Source of the DNA: Myxococcales bacterium
Lineage (GTDB): Bacteria > Myxococcota > Myxococcia > Myxococcales > Myxococcaceae
NCBI GenBank assembly: GCA_038206395.1
Contig: JBBRAX010000061.1
Location: forward strand, 1 to 46,654
DNA: 46,654 bases
Direction of reading: 5' to 3'
Shown here: piece by piece, positions 32,183-41,260 of the stretch
Numbering within the stretch: the stretch's first letter is position 1
Layout: each line of letters starts with the position of its first letter
The notes under the pieces: model-generated
What the model was told of the DNA's origin: nothing
Databases searched by the model: none
The model's input: the letters and a program-made list of their open reading frames with translations, nothing else
Position numbers and translations under genes: made by a program

Positions 32183-32704
32183 GTGTATAAGGACAAAGTG
32201 CGCTACGAGCTGCTGGTTCAGCCTCAAGAGCCCAACGTTCCCTGGGACCCGGCGGCCTTCGATCTGCTGCTCAGCCAAAAGGCGACGGCTCCCAATGCCG
32301 ATGGCTCGCGCACCTGGCGGCTGAAGCACGGCGATGTGCAGGTGCGGCTGCTGATCGAAGCCGGGAAGCCCATCGCCACCGAGCTTCGCGTCGAGCTGTC
32401 AGACAAGCTGGATCTGATTCGCGAGCTGGTCGTCGAAGGCGTCGCGCTCGCCGCCATCGCGGGCGCCCGGGTGGTCGACCCCCAGCTCTCGAAGACGCTG
32501 ATCGCCACCGATGACGGCCTCGTCGCCGACCAGTACCTGCGCACCGCCCAGTACGCGGGGCAGTACGCGGGCGTGTCGAGCGCGGTGATCGCCAGCTACG
32601 GGCGCGTCGAGGAAGACGAGGAGTGGAAGCCCAGCACCAAGCTCACCATCGCCGTCGTCGTCTTCTTCGCCGCGATCTACCTGTTCATCGAGAAGCTGCT
32701 GTAG
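32183..32704 (+). CDS. Hypothetical protein with C-terminal transmembrane tail anchor
   Basis: 173-aa ORF from the GTG at 32183. Very high GC3. C-terminus LTIAVVVFFAAIYLFIEKLL is a single TM helix. No recognisable domain. Confidence 0.55.
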   Translation: MYKDKVRYELLVQPQEPNVPWDPAAFDLLLSQKATAPNADGSRTWRLKHGDVQVRLLIEAGKPIATELRVELSDKLDLIRELVVEGVALAAIAGARVVDPQLSKTLIATDDGLVADQYLRTAQYAGQYAGVSSAVIASYGRVEEDEEWKPSTKLTIAVVVFFAAIYLFIEKLL

Positions 32705-32707
32705 CGA

Positions 32708-33769
32708 CTACGGCAGGATCTTGAAGGTCGTGTTCAGCCACGGCCACCACTGCGAATAAGTGGCAGCGGTGGCGCCGAAACCCACGACAGCGGCCGCGAG
32801 CACCCAGCGCCAGCGCCGCGGCGGCGGAGCAGGATTGTCGAACTCCCGCATGATCGTCATCTCGGTCAAGCTCAGCCGGCCCAGCGCCTCGGACTCGGTA
32901 ATTTTTCCGCGGTGGCGCAGGAACGCCATCAGCAGCGAGTGCTCGGACATCGTCAGGTGGTTCGAGACCCAGCTGTCGAGCGCGCGCCGCAATTCGGCGA
33001 CGTCGAAGTAGCGCTTCTCGGGCTTCAGCTGCATCGCGCGCGTCACGATCGCCCGCAGCTCAGACGGGGCGTGCGGCGCAGCCTTCTTCAGCTTCTCGAG
33101 CTTCCCCTGCGCAATCTTCGCGAACACCTCGCCCGCGGTGGCGCCGGTGAACGCACGCTTCCCGCTGAGGCTCTCGTACAGCAAGACGCCCAGCGAATAG
33201 ATGTCGCTGCGGTTGTCGACCTCGCCGCCGGTGCACTGCTCGGGCGACATGTATGCGGGCGTGCCGACGGCGGTGCCGGTGCGGGTGAGCTTGTCGAGGC
33301 CTTCGTCCTTCGCGATCCCGAAATCCATCAGCTTCACTTCGCCTGTCTTCGTGATCATCACGTTCGACGGCTTCAGGTCGCGGTGGATGATTCGCGCGAA
33401 GTGCGCGTGCTCGAGTGCGGCAGCGATCTGCGCCGCAATCACGGCCGCCACTTCCGGAGGCAGCGCCCCTTCCTTCAGCAGATCGCCGAGGGTGGGCCCG
33501 TCGACGAGCTCCATCACCATGTACAGCGCGTCGCCCTTCTCGATCAGGTCGTAGAGGGTGACGATGTTCTGGTGGCGGAAGGCGCCCAGGGCCAGCGCCT
33601 CGCGGCGGAAGCGAGACAGCGTTTCCTTGTTCTTCGCGAGGTCGGCGGGCAGCTCTTTGATCGCGACCTCGCGCTGCAGCGGCTCGTGCACCGCGCGATA
33701 CACGGTCGCCATGCCACCCTTGCCGAGCTCGCCGAGGATCCGGCACTCGCCCACCTTGCGGGGCTTCAT
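32708..33769 (-). CDS. Serine/threonine protein kinase (Hanks-type) with C-terminal TM segment
   Basis: The ATG at 33769 gives MKPRKVGECRILGELGKGGMATVYRA (Gly loop). VAIK, HRDLKPSN, DFG (MDFGIA), GTPAYMSPE. C-terminal hydrophobic WVLAAAVVGFGATAATY. Confidence 0.85.
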   Translation of the reverse strand: MKPRKVGECRILGELGKGGMATVYRAVHEPLQREVAIKELPADLAKNKETLSRFRREALALGAFRHQNIVTLYDLIEKGDALYMVMELVDGPTLGDLLKEGALPPEVAAVIAAQIAAALEHAHFARIIHRDLKPSNVMITKTGEVKLMDFGIAKDEGLDKLTRTGTAVGTPAYMSPEQCTGGEVDNRSDIYSLGVLLYESLSGKRAFTGATAGEVFAKIAQGKLEKLKKAAPHAPSELRAIVTRAMQLKPEKRYFDVAELRRALDSWVSNHLTMSEHSLLMAFLRHRGKITESEALGRLSLTEMTIMREFDNPAPPPRRWRWVLAAAVVGFGATAATYSQWWPWLNTTFKILP

Positions 33770-34668
33770 TTTTGAAACCTCCAGCACCGGTGAACGGTGC
33801 GCCGAAAATCTTCGGGCAGGGACTTCGGGGTCAGCTCTTCACCATCGGCCAGGTCGACATCCAACTCGAAGCCGAGAAAGTTCGTCGAGAAATACAGCGT
33901 GCCGCCTGGCGCCAGCAGCCCTTCGACCTGGGAAATCAAGTGCGCGTGGTCGCGCTGCACGTCCCACGATCGGCCCATCTTCTTCGAGGTCGAGAACGAC
34001 GGAGGGTCGACCACCGCCAGATCGAACCCGCCCTTCGCCGACTCGAGCCACTGCAGCACGTCGGCACGAATGACCGTGTGCTGGGCCCCGGAAGCGAACC
34101 CGTTCAGCTTCAGGTTCCTTTCTGCCCAGTCGCAGTACGTGTTCGAGAGGTCGACGGTGGTCGTCTGCTTCGCGCCACCCGCCGCCGCGTAGACGCTGAA
34201 GCTGCCCGTGTACGCGAAGAGGTTCAGCACGCGCTTGTCCGCCGCTTCGCTTCGGACCCGCGCGCGCGTGTCGCGGTGATCGAGGAAGAGCCCGGCGTCG
34301 AGGTAGTCGGACAGGTTCACTTCGAAGGTGAGCCCGTTTTCCTTCACCGTGAAGACCGCCTGGTCGGCCGCCACCTTCTCGTACTGCCCCCCAATTCGTT
34401 CGTGCGTCTTGGTGAACACCGCCGCGCCGGGGAAGACCTGGCCGATCGCCGCCAACACTTCGTCGCGCTGCGCTACCGCCGTGCCGTCTTTCACTTTCGC
34501 GCGGCGCGGGTATTCCATCACATGCACCCGGCCACCGTAGACGTCGACCGCGAACGGGTAGTCGGGCATGTCGAGGTCGTAGATGCGGTACGCCTCGAGC
34601 CCGCGCCGCTTCGCCCACTTCGTCCAGTGGCGGGCGTTCTTGGCGAGCCGGTTCTCGAACGCGGACAT
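33766..34668 (-). CDS. Class I SAM-dependent rRNA methyltransferase, RlmK-like (stand-alone homologue of the C-terminal m7G2069 domain of E. coli RlmKL)
   Basis: 300 aa. LAVVDPPSFSTSKKMGRSWDVQRDHAHL closely resembles the RlmKL C-terminal IDPPTFSNSKRM...FDVQRDH. The N-terminus is like the RlmK domain (KWAKRRGLEAYRIYDLDMPDYPFAVDVY). Its stop overlaps the downstream kinase ATG (ATGA). Confidence 0.65.
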   Translation of the reverse strand: MSAFENRLAKNARHWTKWAKRRGLEAYRIYDLDMPDYPFAVDVYGGRVHVMEYPRRAKVKDGTAVAQRDEVLAAIGQVFPGAAVFTKTHERIGGQYEKVAADQAVFTVKENGLTFEVNLSDYLDAGLFLDHRDTRARVRSEAADKRVLNLFAYTGSFSVYAAAGGAKQTTTVDLSNTYCDWAERNLKLNGFASGAQHTVIRADVLQWLESAKGGFDLAVVDPPSFSTSKKMGRSWDVQRDHAHLISQVEGLLAPGGTLYFSTNFLGFELDVDLADGEELTPKSLPEDFRRTVHRCWRFQK

Positions 34669-34760
34669 TGGCGTTCTGTGTACCGCGCCACCTCGGCCAA
34701 GGCAGCCACAGATGACGCTTGGTTGTTACGCTGACGCGCGCTTTCCACTTCCAGGTGCTG

Positions 34761-36701
34761 ATGCCCGCTGACGACTTCGAAGCTCAATACTCCCGACTGG
34801 GGCTCGACCCGGCGGCGGCGATCGACGCAACCTTCGTCTCGGGCGAGCAGGGCGCCACGATTTCCCGGTCGTCGCTGTCGACCTCCGAGCTCGGCACCAC
34901 CGGCACGCTTCCGCGGCTGACGCTCGGCAGCCCCGACGCTGCCTTCGTCAGCGGCGAAGACCCGGCCGAACTCGTCGTCGTTCACGTCCTCGGCGAAGGC
35001 GGCATGGGCCAGGTGCTGCTTGCCCGCCAGCACTCGCTGGGCCGCGAAGTCGCGGTGAAGGTGCTGAAGCCCTCGGCGACAAACAAGGCTGCCGCCGAAG
35101 CGCTGGTCGAAGAGGCGCGCACCACCGGCTCGCTCGAGCACCCCGGAATCGTCCCCGTCTACGCGCTCGCCCGCGACGCCACCGGACTTCCCGCCTTGGT
35201 GATGAAGCGGGTCGACGGCGTCAGCTGGCGTTCGCTGCTCCAGGCCCCGAACCACCCGTCGTGGCAGCGCATCGCCAGCGGCCGAGACCGCCTCGAAGCC
35301 AACCTCGAGATCCTCATTCAGGTCTGCAACGCCACCGCGCATGCCCACCAGCGCGGCGTCATTCACCGCGACCTCAAGCCCGCCAACATCCTCATCGGCG
35401 AGCTCGGCGAGGTGTACGTCGCCGACTGGGGCGTCGCGATTCAGAAGGCGCGGCTCACCCCTGGGCCGCCGCGATTGGTCGGGACCCCGGCATACCTGGC
35501 GCCCGAGATGGTGACGGGCGACCCGTCGATGACCGACGAACGCACGGACATCTATCTGCTTGGTGGCACGCTGCACGAAGTCCTCACCGGCGAGCCGACC
35601 CATGGCGGCACGTCGGTGCACGACGTGCTGCAGCGAGCTTTCGTGGCCGCTCCGCCCGTGTTGCCGACCGAGATTCCCGCCGAGCTCGCCGCGCTCTGTA
35701 CGAAGGCGCTCGCGCAGGATCCGAAGACGCGATTCCAATCGGCGCTCGAGTTTCGCGACGCGCTCCGCCTCTTCCTTCAGCACCGCGGCTCGATTCGCCT
35801 CGCCGATGCCGCGACCCATCGCCTGCGCCTGCTGGAGGCGATGGCGAAGGTGCCGCTGGCCGCCGACCAGGAACGCAGCTGGTACTCGCTGATCTCCGAG
35901 TGCCGCTTCGGCTTCGCGCAGGCACTGGAGGCCGACCCGCAGAGTCCGGTCGCCCAGCGAGGGCTCGAACGCTGTCTCGAGGTCGCCACCGCCCGCGAGC
36001 TCGAACGCGGGTCGAGCCACGCCGCACGCGCTTTTCTGGTCGAGATGAAGTCGCCACCCGCTGCGCTCGCTGATGCAGTCAAACTGCTCGAGGCGAAGGA
36101 CCTCGAACGCACTGCACGCGAAGCGCTGCACCTGAAAGAAAGGCACGAGCTGAACCCGATGGTCTCGGTGCGCGAGCGCAACAAGATGGTGCTCGTGCTC
36201 GCCGTCGCCGTTGGGGCAGTCGTCGTTCTCTTCAGCGCTTTCCCTTCCGTCCGCGAGGCCGTCAACGCCCAGCTCGGCCGCTGGGCGCGCCTCGTGCCGA
36301 TGGGCATCGTCGCCGCCGTCTACCTCATCTGCCTGTTCGTCGGCCGCCGCTCGCTGCTGACCACCCGCATCAACCGCCAGCTGATGGCGATGATTGGCGT
36401 CGGCATCTTCTCGATGGAGCTCGGCCGCATCCAGTTCATGTTGCTCGGCCTCACGATGCGGGTGTCGCTGATGCACGACGCCTGGATGATGGCGTCGGTG
36501 CTGGTCGTCTGCGCCTTCATTCTCCACTGGGGCTTCGCAGTGACGGGCGCCGTCTTTCTCGTCGCCGGGCTTGCGGTGGGCGCATCACCCGATGAACACG
36601 CGATTCCGATTTTCAGCGGGCTCTCGATGGTCGCTTTTGTGTCGACGGTGGTGATGTTCCGCGTCTGGCAGAAGGATCTCGAAAGGGCGCAGCGCGTTTG
36701 A
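34761..36701 (+). CDS. Serine/threonine protein kinase with C-terminal polytopic membrane domain
   Basis: The ORF is open from 34719; ATG at 34761. LGEGGMGQVLLARQ, VAVK, HRDLKPANIL, ADWGVA (DFG variant), GTPAYLAPE. After a helical linker, 4-5 predicted TM helices (MVLVLAVAVGAVVVLF..., GIVAAVYLICLFVG..., MAMIGVGIFSM..., ASVLVVCAFILHWGFAVTGAVFLVAGLAVGA). Confidence 0.8.
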   Translation: MPADDFEAQYSRLGLDPAAAIDATFVSGEQGATISRSSLSTSELGTTGTLPRLTLGSPDAAFVSGEDPAELVVVHVLGEGGMGQVLLARQHSLGREVAVKVLKPSATNKAAAEALVEEARTTGSLEHPGIVPVYALARDATGLPALVMKRVDGVSWRSLLQAPNHPSWQRIASGRDRLEANLEILIQVCNATAHAHQRGVIHRDLKPANILIGELGEVYVADWGVAIQKARLTPGPPRLVGTPAYLAPEMVTGDPSMTDERTDIYLLGGTLHEVLTGEPTHGGTSVHDVLQRAFVAAPPVLPTEIPAELAALCTKALAQDPKTRFQSALEFRDALRLFLQHRGSIRLADAATHRLRLLEAMAKVPLAADQERSWYSLISECRFGFAQALEADPQSPVAQRGLERCLEVATARELERGSSHAARAFLVEMKSPPAALADAVKLLEAKDLERTAREALHLKERHELNPMVSVRERNKMVLVLAVAVGAVVVLFSAFPSVREAVNAQLGRWARLVPMGIVAAVYLICLFVGRRSLLTTRINRQLMAMIGVGIFSMELGRIQFMLLGLTMRVSLMHDAWMMASVLVVCAFILHWGFAVTGAVFLVAGLAVGASPDEHAIPIFSGLSMVAFVSTVVMFRVWQKDLERAQRV

Positions 36702-37477
36702 GCACCGCGCTTTTGATCGCAGATCTCGAAGGAATCGCGGCGGTCACCACGCTCGAGTCATTGGTCTTCGGTGGGGCAGGACACCTCGAGGCGTGCGCGG
36801 CGATGACGCGAGAGGTGAACGCGGCGATCGAAGGCCTCGTCGCGCAGGGCTTCACCCACGTCCGGGTCAGCGACACGCACCGGTCGGGCAGCGGCGCACC
36901 GAACCTCGAGGCGCTGCACCCGGCCGCCCAGCCCTTCTTCGTCGACCCCGACTGCTACGGCGGGGCCCTGCTCGACGGCGTCTCGGCAATTGCCTGCGTC
37001 GGCATGCACGCGGCGGGCGGCACTTCGGGCTTCGCGGCCCACACCGTCGAGGCGCACTGCGCGTGGCTGCTGAACGGGCGCCCCATCAGTGAGGCCGAGC
37101 TTGCGCTGTGGCTCGCGGCCGACCGCGGCATTCCGGGAATCTTCGTCGCGGGCGACGACGTGCTCGCCGCGTCACTGGCCGGCACCCTGCGCACCGTGGT
37201 CACCAAACAATCCACCGGTCTCGATTCGGCGATTCCGAACGCCGATGTCGAGGCGGCGATTCGCGCCGCGGCGCAGGCGGGGCCGGTGCCGATTGCGGTC
37301 GCTCCGTCGGGGCCGCTGTCCTTGAGGTTCAAGACGACCCCGGTCGAGCGGGAAGTCGCTGGTGGCTCCTTCACCGATCGGTACCAGCGCGCGCTGGCCG
37401 CGGTGCTCGAGACGGAGTCGACGCTCGACGGCTCGAGTGCCAGGGCACTGGAATTGCTGCGCAAGCCGTTCTTCTAG
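36698..37477 (+). CDS. Peptidase M55 family protein (D-aminopeptidase DppA-like)
   Basis: 259 aa. Collinear similarity to B. subtilis DppA: LLIADLEGIAAV ~ LYMSVDMEGISGL; VRVSDTHRSG ~ VLVNDSHSKM; CVGMHAAGGTSGFAAHTV ~ FLGYHARASTPGVMSHSM; LNGRPISEAELALWLAADRGIPGIFVAGDD ~ INDRPVGELGLNAYVAGYYDVPVLMVAGDD. The TTG start overlaps the kinase stop (TTGA). Confidence 0.7.
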   Translation: MSTALLIADLEGIAAVTTLESLVFGGAGHLEACAAMTREVNAAIEGLVAQGFTHVRVSDTHRSGSGAPNLEALHPAAQPFFVDPDCYGGALLDGVSAIACVGMHAAGGTSGFAAHTVEAHCAWLLNGRPISEAELALWLAADRGIPGIFVAGDDVLAASLAGTLRTVVTKQSTGLDSAIPNADVEAAIRAAAQAGPVPIAVAPSGPLSLRFKTTPVEREVAGGSFTDRYQRALAAVLETESTLDGSSARALELLRKPFF

Positions 37478-37689
37478 ATCCGCCGCGCCGCGGCGCCGTT
37501 CGAGGGAACGCATCGAAGACGCGCGCAAGAAGGGCATTGCGCTCTCACACGACGCGGCGTCGGCGGCCCCGCTGAGCCAGAAGCAATGGTCGAAGCACGG
37601 CCAGAAGGTCAAAGACCGCGGGTACCAAGGCATGTCGCTGGACGAAGCGAACGAGCGACAGGCTGAGATTCAGAAGAAGTGAAGCGGGC

Positions 37690-38199
37690 TCACCTCTCTG
37701 AATGAATCGACCGGAGGATTCGCGCGTGCAGCTCGGCGGCGGGAAGAAAGATGAAGTGCGCGCGCCCGAACCCCAGCTGTTCTCCGTTCGCCATCGCGAC
37801 GGAGCCCGACAGCTTCTTGCCGTTGACGAAGGTGCCGTTGGCGCTGCCGAGGTCGACGACCACGGCCTGCGCGCCGTCCCAGCGAATCGTGGCGTGGCGG
37901 CTCGACACCGCGGCGTCGTCGACGACCAGGTCAGACTCGGGGCTGCGGCCGATGACGAGCTCCATCGTGCCGTCAGCCTGAGGTGGAGGAAGAATCGCCA
38001 CGATCAGCTCTTCGAACTCGACGGGCGAAGGGATTTTTTCCAACACCTGCTGCGGCAACCCGACGGTCAGCAACCGGCGCGCGCGGCCCTGGACGTCGGC
38101 CACCGGGCGCTGCATCAGCGCGAACGGCCCCATCTGGCCCTCGAAGGCGGCCACATCGAGGCGGCGGGCGAGCCCGGCCAGTTCACGAACGCGAAGCAT
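37690..38199 (-). CDS. FHA domain-containing protein
   Basis: 169 aa. The C-terminal half has canonical FHA signatures: LVIGRSPESDLVVDDAAVSSRHATIRWDG...VVVDLGSANGTFVNGKKL. It sits in a neighbourhood with two Ser/Thr kinases. Confidence 0.75.
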   Translation of the reverse strand: MLRVRELAGLARRLDVAAFEGQMGPFALMQRPVADVQGRARRLLTVGLPQQVLEKIPSPVEFEELIVAILPPPQADGTMELVIGRSPESDLVVDDAAVSSRHATIRWDGAQAVVVDLGSANGTFVNGKKLSGSVAMANGEQLGFGRAHFIFLPAAELHARILRSIHSER

Positions 38200-38260
38200 C
38201 CGGCCTGGGAGTCTACGACTACGGCTTCCGCGTCACTTGGTTTTGTGGTGTGTCGCAAGG

Positions 38261-39403
38261 ATGCGCTTCGACACGGATGCCATTCACGCAGGCCAGAGCC
38301 CCGACCCCACCACCGGCGCCATCATGACCCCGGTGTACCTCACGTCGACCTACGTCCAGGACGGCCCGGGTGAGCACAAGGGGTACGAGTATTCGCGCAC
38401 CAAGAACCCGACCCGCGGCGCGCTCGAAGCCTGCCTCGCCGCGCTCGAAGGCGCGAAGTACGGCGCCGCCTTCGCCTCGGGCTGTGCCGCCGCGGACATG
38501 CTGATGCATCACCTCGAAGCTGGCGATCACGTCGTGTGCTCCGACGACGTGTACGGCGGCACCTTTCGGCTCTTCGACAAGGTCTTCAAGAAGATGGGCC
38601 TGAGCTTCAGCTTCGTCGACCTCGCCGACGTGGCGAACCTCGAGAAGGCGATTACCCCGAAGACGAAGATGCTCTGGGTCGAGACGCCGACCAACCCGAT
38701 GCTGAAGCTCATCGACCTCGCGCGCGCCGCCGAGGTCGCGAAGAAGCACAAGCTCATCTCGGTCGCCGACAACACCTTCATGACGCCGTACTTCCAGCGC
38801 CCGCTGGAGTTCGGCTTCGACGTCGTCACCCACTCGACCACCAAGTACCTGAACGGGCACTCGGACGTGGTCGGCGGCTTCGTCTGCACGTCGAACAAGG
38901 AGATCGCCGAGAAGATGTACTTCCTTCAGAACGCGATCGGCGGCGTGCAGGGCCCGATGGACGCGTTCCTGGTGCTGCGCGGCGTGAAGACGCTGCACGT
39001 GCGAATGGATCGCCACGAGAAGAACGCGCAGAAGATTGCCGCTTTCCTGCAGACGCACCCGAAGGCGACGAAGGTGAACTGGCCAGGCCTCGAGACGCAC
39101 CCGCAGCACAAGCTGGCGCGGGCGCAGATGAAGGGCTTCGGCGGCATGATGACCTTCGACATCAAGGGCGGCCTCGAGTCGGCGCGGAAGTTCCTCAAGA
39201 CGACGAAGGTCTTCGCGTGCGCGGAATCGCTGGGCGGCGTCGAGTCACTGATCGAGCACCCCGCGATCATGACCCACGCGTCGATTCCGAAAGAGAACCG
39301 CGAGAAGCTCGGCATCACCGACGGCTTCATCCGCCTGTCGGTCGGCATCGAAGACGCACAGGATTTGATCGACGATCTGGAGCAAGCTCTGAAGGTCGTC
39401 TGA
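38261..39403 (+). CDS. Cystathionine gamma-lyase / gamma-synthase family PLP enzyme (trans-sulfuration)
   Basis: ATG at 38261 (MRFDTDAIHAGQ). YEYSRTKNPTR, PLP-lysine motif region THSTTKYLNGHSDVVGG, C-terminal FIRLSVGIED. All typical of the MetB/MetC/CGL family. Confidence 0.85.
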   Translation: MRFDTDAIHAGQSPDPTTGAIMTPVYLTSTYVQDGPGEHKGYEYSRTKNPTRGALEACLAALEGAKYGAAFASGCAAADMLMHHLEAGDHVVCSDDVYGGTFRLFDKVFKKMGLSFSFVDLADVANLEKAITPKTKMLWVETPTNPMLKLIDLARAAEVAKKHKLISVADNTFMTPYFQRPLEFGFDVVTHSTTKYLNGHSDVVGGFVCTSNKEIAEKMYFLQNAIGGVQGPMDAFLVLRGVKTLHVRMDRHEKNAQKIAAFLQTHPKATKVNWPGLETHPQHKLARAQMKGFGGMMTFDIKGGLESARKFLKTTKVFACAESLGGVESLIEHPAIMTHASIPKENREKLGITDGFIRLSVGIEDAQDLIDDLEQALKVV

Positions 39404-39409
39404 CCCTCG

Positions 39410-41260
39410 ATGCTCTTCTCGACCCTCTTCTTGATCGTGGCCGCGGCGCCTCTTCCCAAAGAGTGCGAGCCGCCGCCGCTGCGTGACGTCGCGCCAATCA
39501 AGGAACTCGCCAACCTCGACGGCGCCTTCTCGGCCGGCCTCGACGCCGTCGCCACCTGGTGCTTCGACAGCGCAGGCAACTGGAACGCGGGCCAGCTGGG
39601 AAAGCCGAAGAAGCCGATTGCGGCCGACGCTCCGCCGCAGGGCGATTGTCTGAAGGCGATTGCCTCGTGTGAGGGCACCAACGAGACGGTGACGAACAAG
39701 GCGCCGCTTCGAGAGCTCGCCAACAACGCGCTCGCCGACTTCGATCGTCCGTACCGCAACGCGAAGTACGTGCCGAAGCGGTCGGGGTTGAAGGAAGCGC
39801 CGTCGCAGGCCGCGAACTGCCGCAGCAAGAGCCGCACCGAGCTGTTCGCGATGGCGCAGCAGCGCATGGACGTCGCGCGGCTCACCTCTCAGGTGCTCAA
39901 CGAGTACGCGAACTACAAGACGTGGCTCTTCAGCAAGGGCATCGACTGCAAGAACGAGGTTGCCGCCGCGCCGAAGAAGGACTCGACGAAGACGGGCCTG
40001 TCGATCGACTCGAACATCGATCCAAATGCGATCGCGACACCGGTGCTCGCGTCGAAGGACCCCGAGACGGCCGCCGCGCTCAAGTTGCCGATGGTCGACA
40101 AGTGGAAGTTCTTCTCGAAGCAGCAGGCAAGGGTGGAGGCCGACCGCGACTACACGCTCGGCTTCCTCGCTTCGCGCGAGCTGCGCACGTGTGACTGCGC
40201 CCGCGTGAATCCGGCCGCGGTCGTTCGTGCGCTCGAGAGCAAGACGGGCGAGGCGGGCATCGCGCTGCTGACCTCAGAAGATCCGGCCAACACCCGCTGC
40301 GCCGTCTGCATGTTCGAGGTCTTCCCGCTGTGGAGCACCCGCGCGCAGAAGCAGTGTTCTTCTCTCGACGGACTCTCGGATGCCGACCTCGCCAAGCTCG
40401 AGAAGTCTGACGACGCCAGCGGCCTTCCTCCGCGCTGCCTCGAAGAGACGAAGGCGAATCGCGCAGCCAAGGTCGCGGCGCGCGTGCCCGTGACCACGGC
40501 AGTCTCGCCGACTGTTTCGCTGTCGACCGCTCCGGGCGCCAAGCCGGGGACGCCGGGTGGGCCCGTGACTGCGCCTCCCGTGGCTCCACCTGGAAATGTT
40601 GCCGCGACGGGAACTGCGGCGGCGCCCGTCGCTCCAGTCGCGAAGGCACCGGGAAGTGGCATCGCGCCGCTCGCGATGAACCCGATGGATGCCGGGGTCA
40701 GTGTTGCGAGGGCGCCGGGCAGCGGCATCGCGCCGCTCGCGATGACTCCGATGGATGCGGGGGCCACTGTCGCGAATCCCCACCTTCAGACGGTTGACGG
40801 CTACACGTACTACCGCCCGCCCACCGCCGGCTCGCCCAACACCGCGGCGGTTCCCGCGACGGGTGGGACCCCTTCGCCCGCGGCTGTCGCTGCAAAGCCC
40901 GTCGATGCCGGAGCGCCGGCTCCGGTCGCCGCCGCTGCCCCTCTCACCGGCCCAGGCATTCCCACCGGGCCGCTCGGCTATGTGGCCCCCGCGACCTGGG
41001 CCCCGATTCCGCAGCGCGAAGACGGCCGCATCTACGTGCGCCTCTTCATGAGCAGCTCGTGCATTGCCGACGTCGAGCCCGGCCCGTTGCAGGCGCGCAC
41101 CGGCGACCTGTTGTTGCTGCCCTTCGAAGCCAAAGCGCTGCAGGTGAAGAGCCCCTGCGGAGGACTTGCCGAGGTGTACTTCGGCCGCGAGGCCCGCCCC
41201 CGCGTGTCAGAGAATTTCGGTAGCAACCGGCCGCTCAAGTTCGAGTTCAAGAGACAGTGA
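39410..41260 (+). CDS. Secreted hypothetical protein with Pro/Ala-rich linker and internal 22-aa tandem repeat
   Basis: 616 aa. Signal peptide MLFSTLFLIVAAAPLP. Cys-containing N-terminal domain. Pro/Ala/Gly-rich low-complexity middle with tandem APGSGIAPLAM[NT]PMDAG[VA][ST]VA (nt about 40645-40776). Conserved-looking C-terminal domain (RIYVRLFMSSSCIADVEPG...). The start is 6 bp after the CGL stop. Confidence 0.6.
   Translation: MLFSTLFLIVAAAPLPKECEPPPLRDVAPIKELANLDGAFSAGLDAVATWCFDSAGNWNAGQLGKPKKPIAADAPPQGDCLKAIASCEGTNETVTNKAPLRELANNALADFDRPYRNAKYVPKRSGLKEAPSQAANCRSKSRTELFAMAQQRMDVARLTSQVLNEYANYKTWLFSKGIDCKNEVAAAPKKDSTKTGLSIDSNIDPNAIATPVLASKDPETAAALKLPMVDKWKFFSKQQARVEADRDYTLGFLASRELRTCDCARVNPAAVVRALESKTGEAGIALLTSEDPANTRCAVCMFEVFPLWSTRAQKQCSSLDGLSDADLAKLEKSDDASGLPPRCLEETKANRAAKVAARVPVTTAVSPTVSLSTAPGAKPGTPGGPVTAPPVAPPGNVAATGTAAAPVAPVAKAPGSGIAPLAMNPMDAGVSVARAPGSGIAPLAMTPMDAGATVANPHLQTVDGYTYYRPPTAGSPNTAAVPATGGTPSPAAVAAKPVDAGAPAPVAAAAPLTGPGIPTGPLGYVAPATWAPIPQREDGRIYVRLFMSSSCIADVEPGPLQARTGDLLLLPFEAKALQVKSPCGGLAEVYFGREARPRVSENFGSNRPLKFEFKRQ

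Noticed and set aside
37362-37682. 106-aa ORF and a conserved-looking basic C-terminal peptide (KGIALSHDAASAAPLSQKQWSKHGQKVKDRGYQGMSLDEANERQAEIQKK) in the gap between the M55 and FHA genes
   Set aside because: The listed ATG lies inside the M55 gene in another frame. After the M55 stop, there is no ATG, GTG or TTG in this frame until a 16-codon remnant. More likely this is noncoding intergenic sequence (212 bp) between convergent genes. A non-canonical start cannot be excluded.
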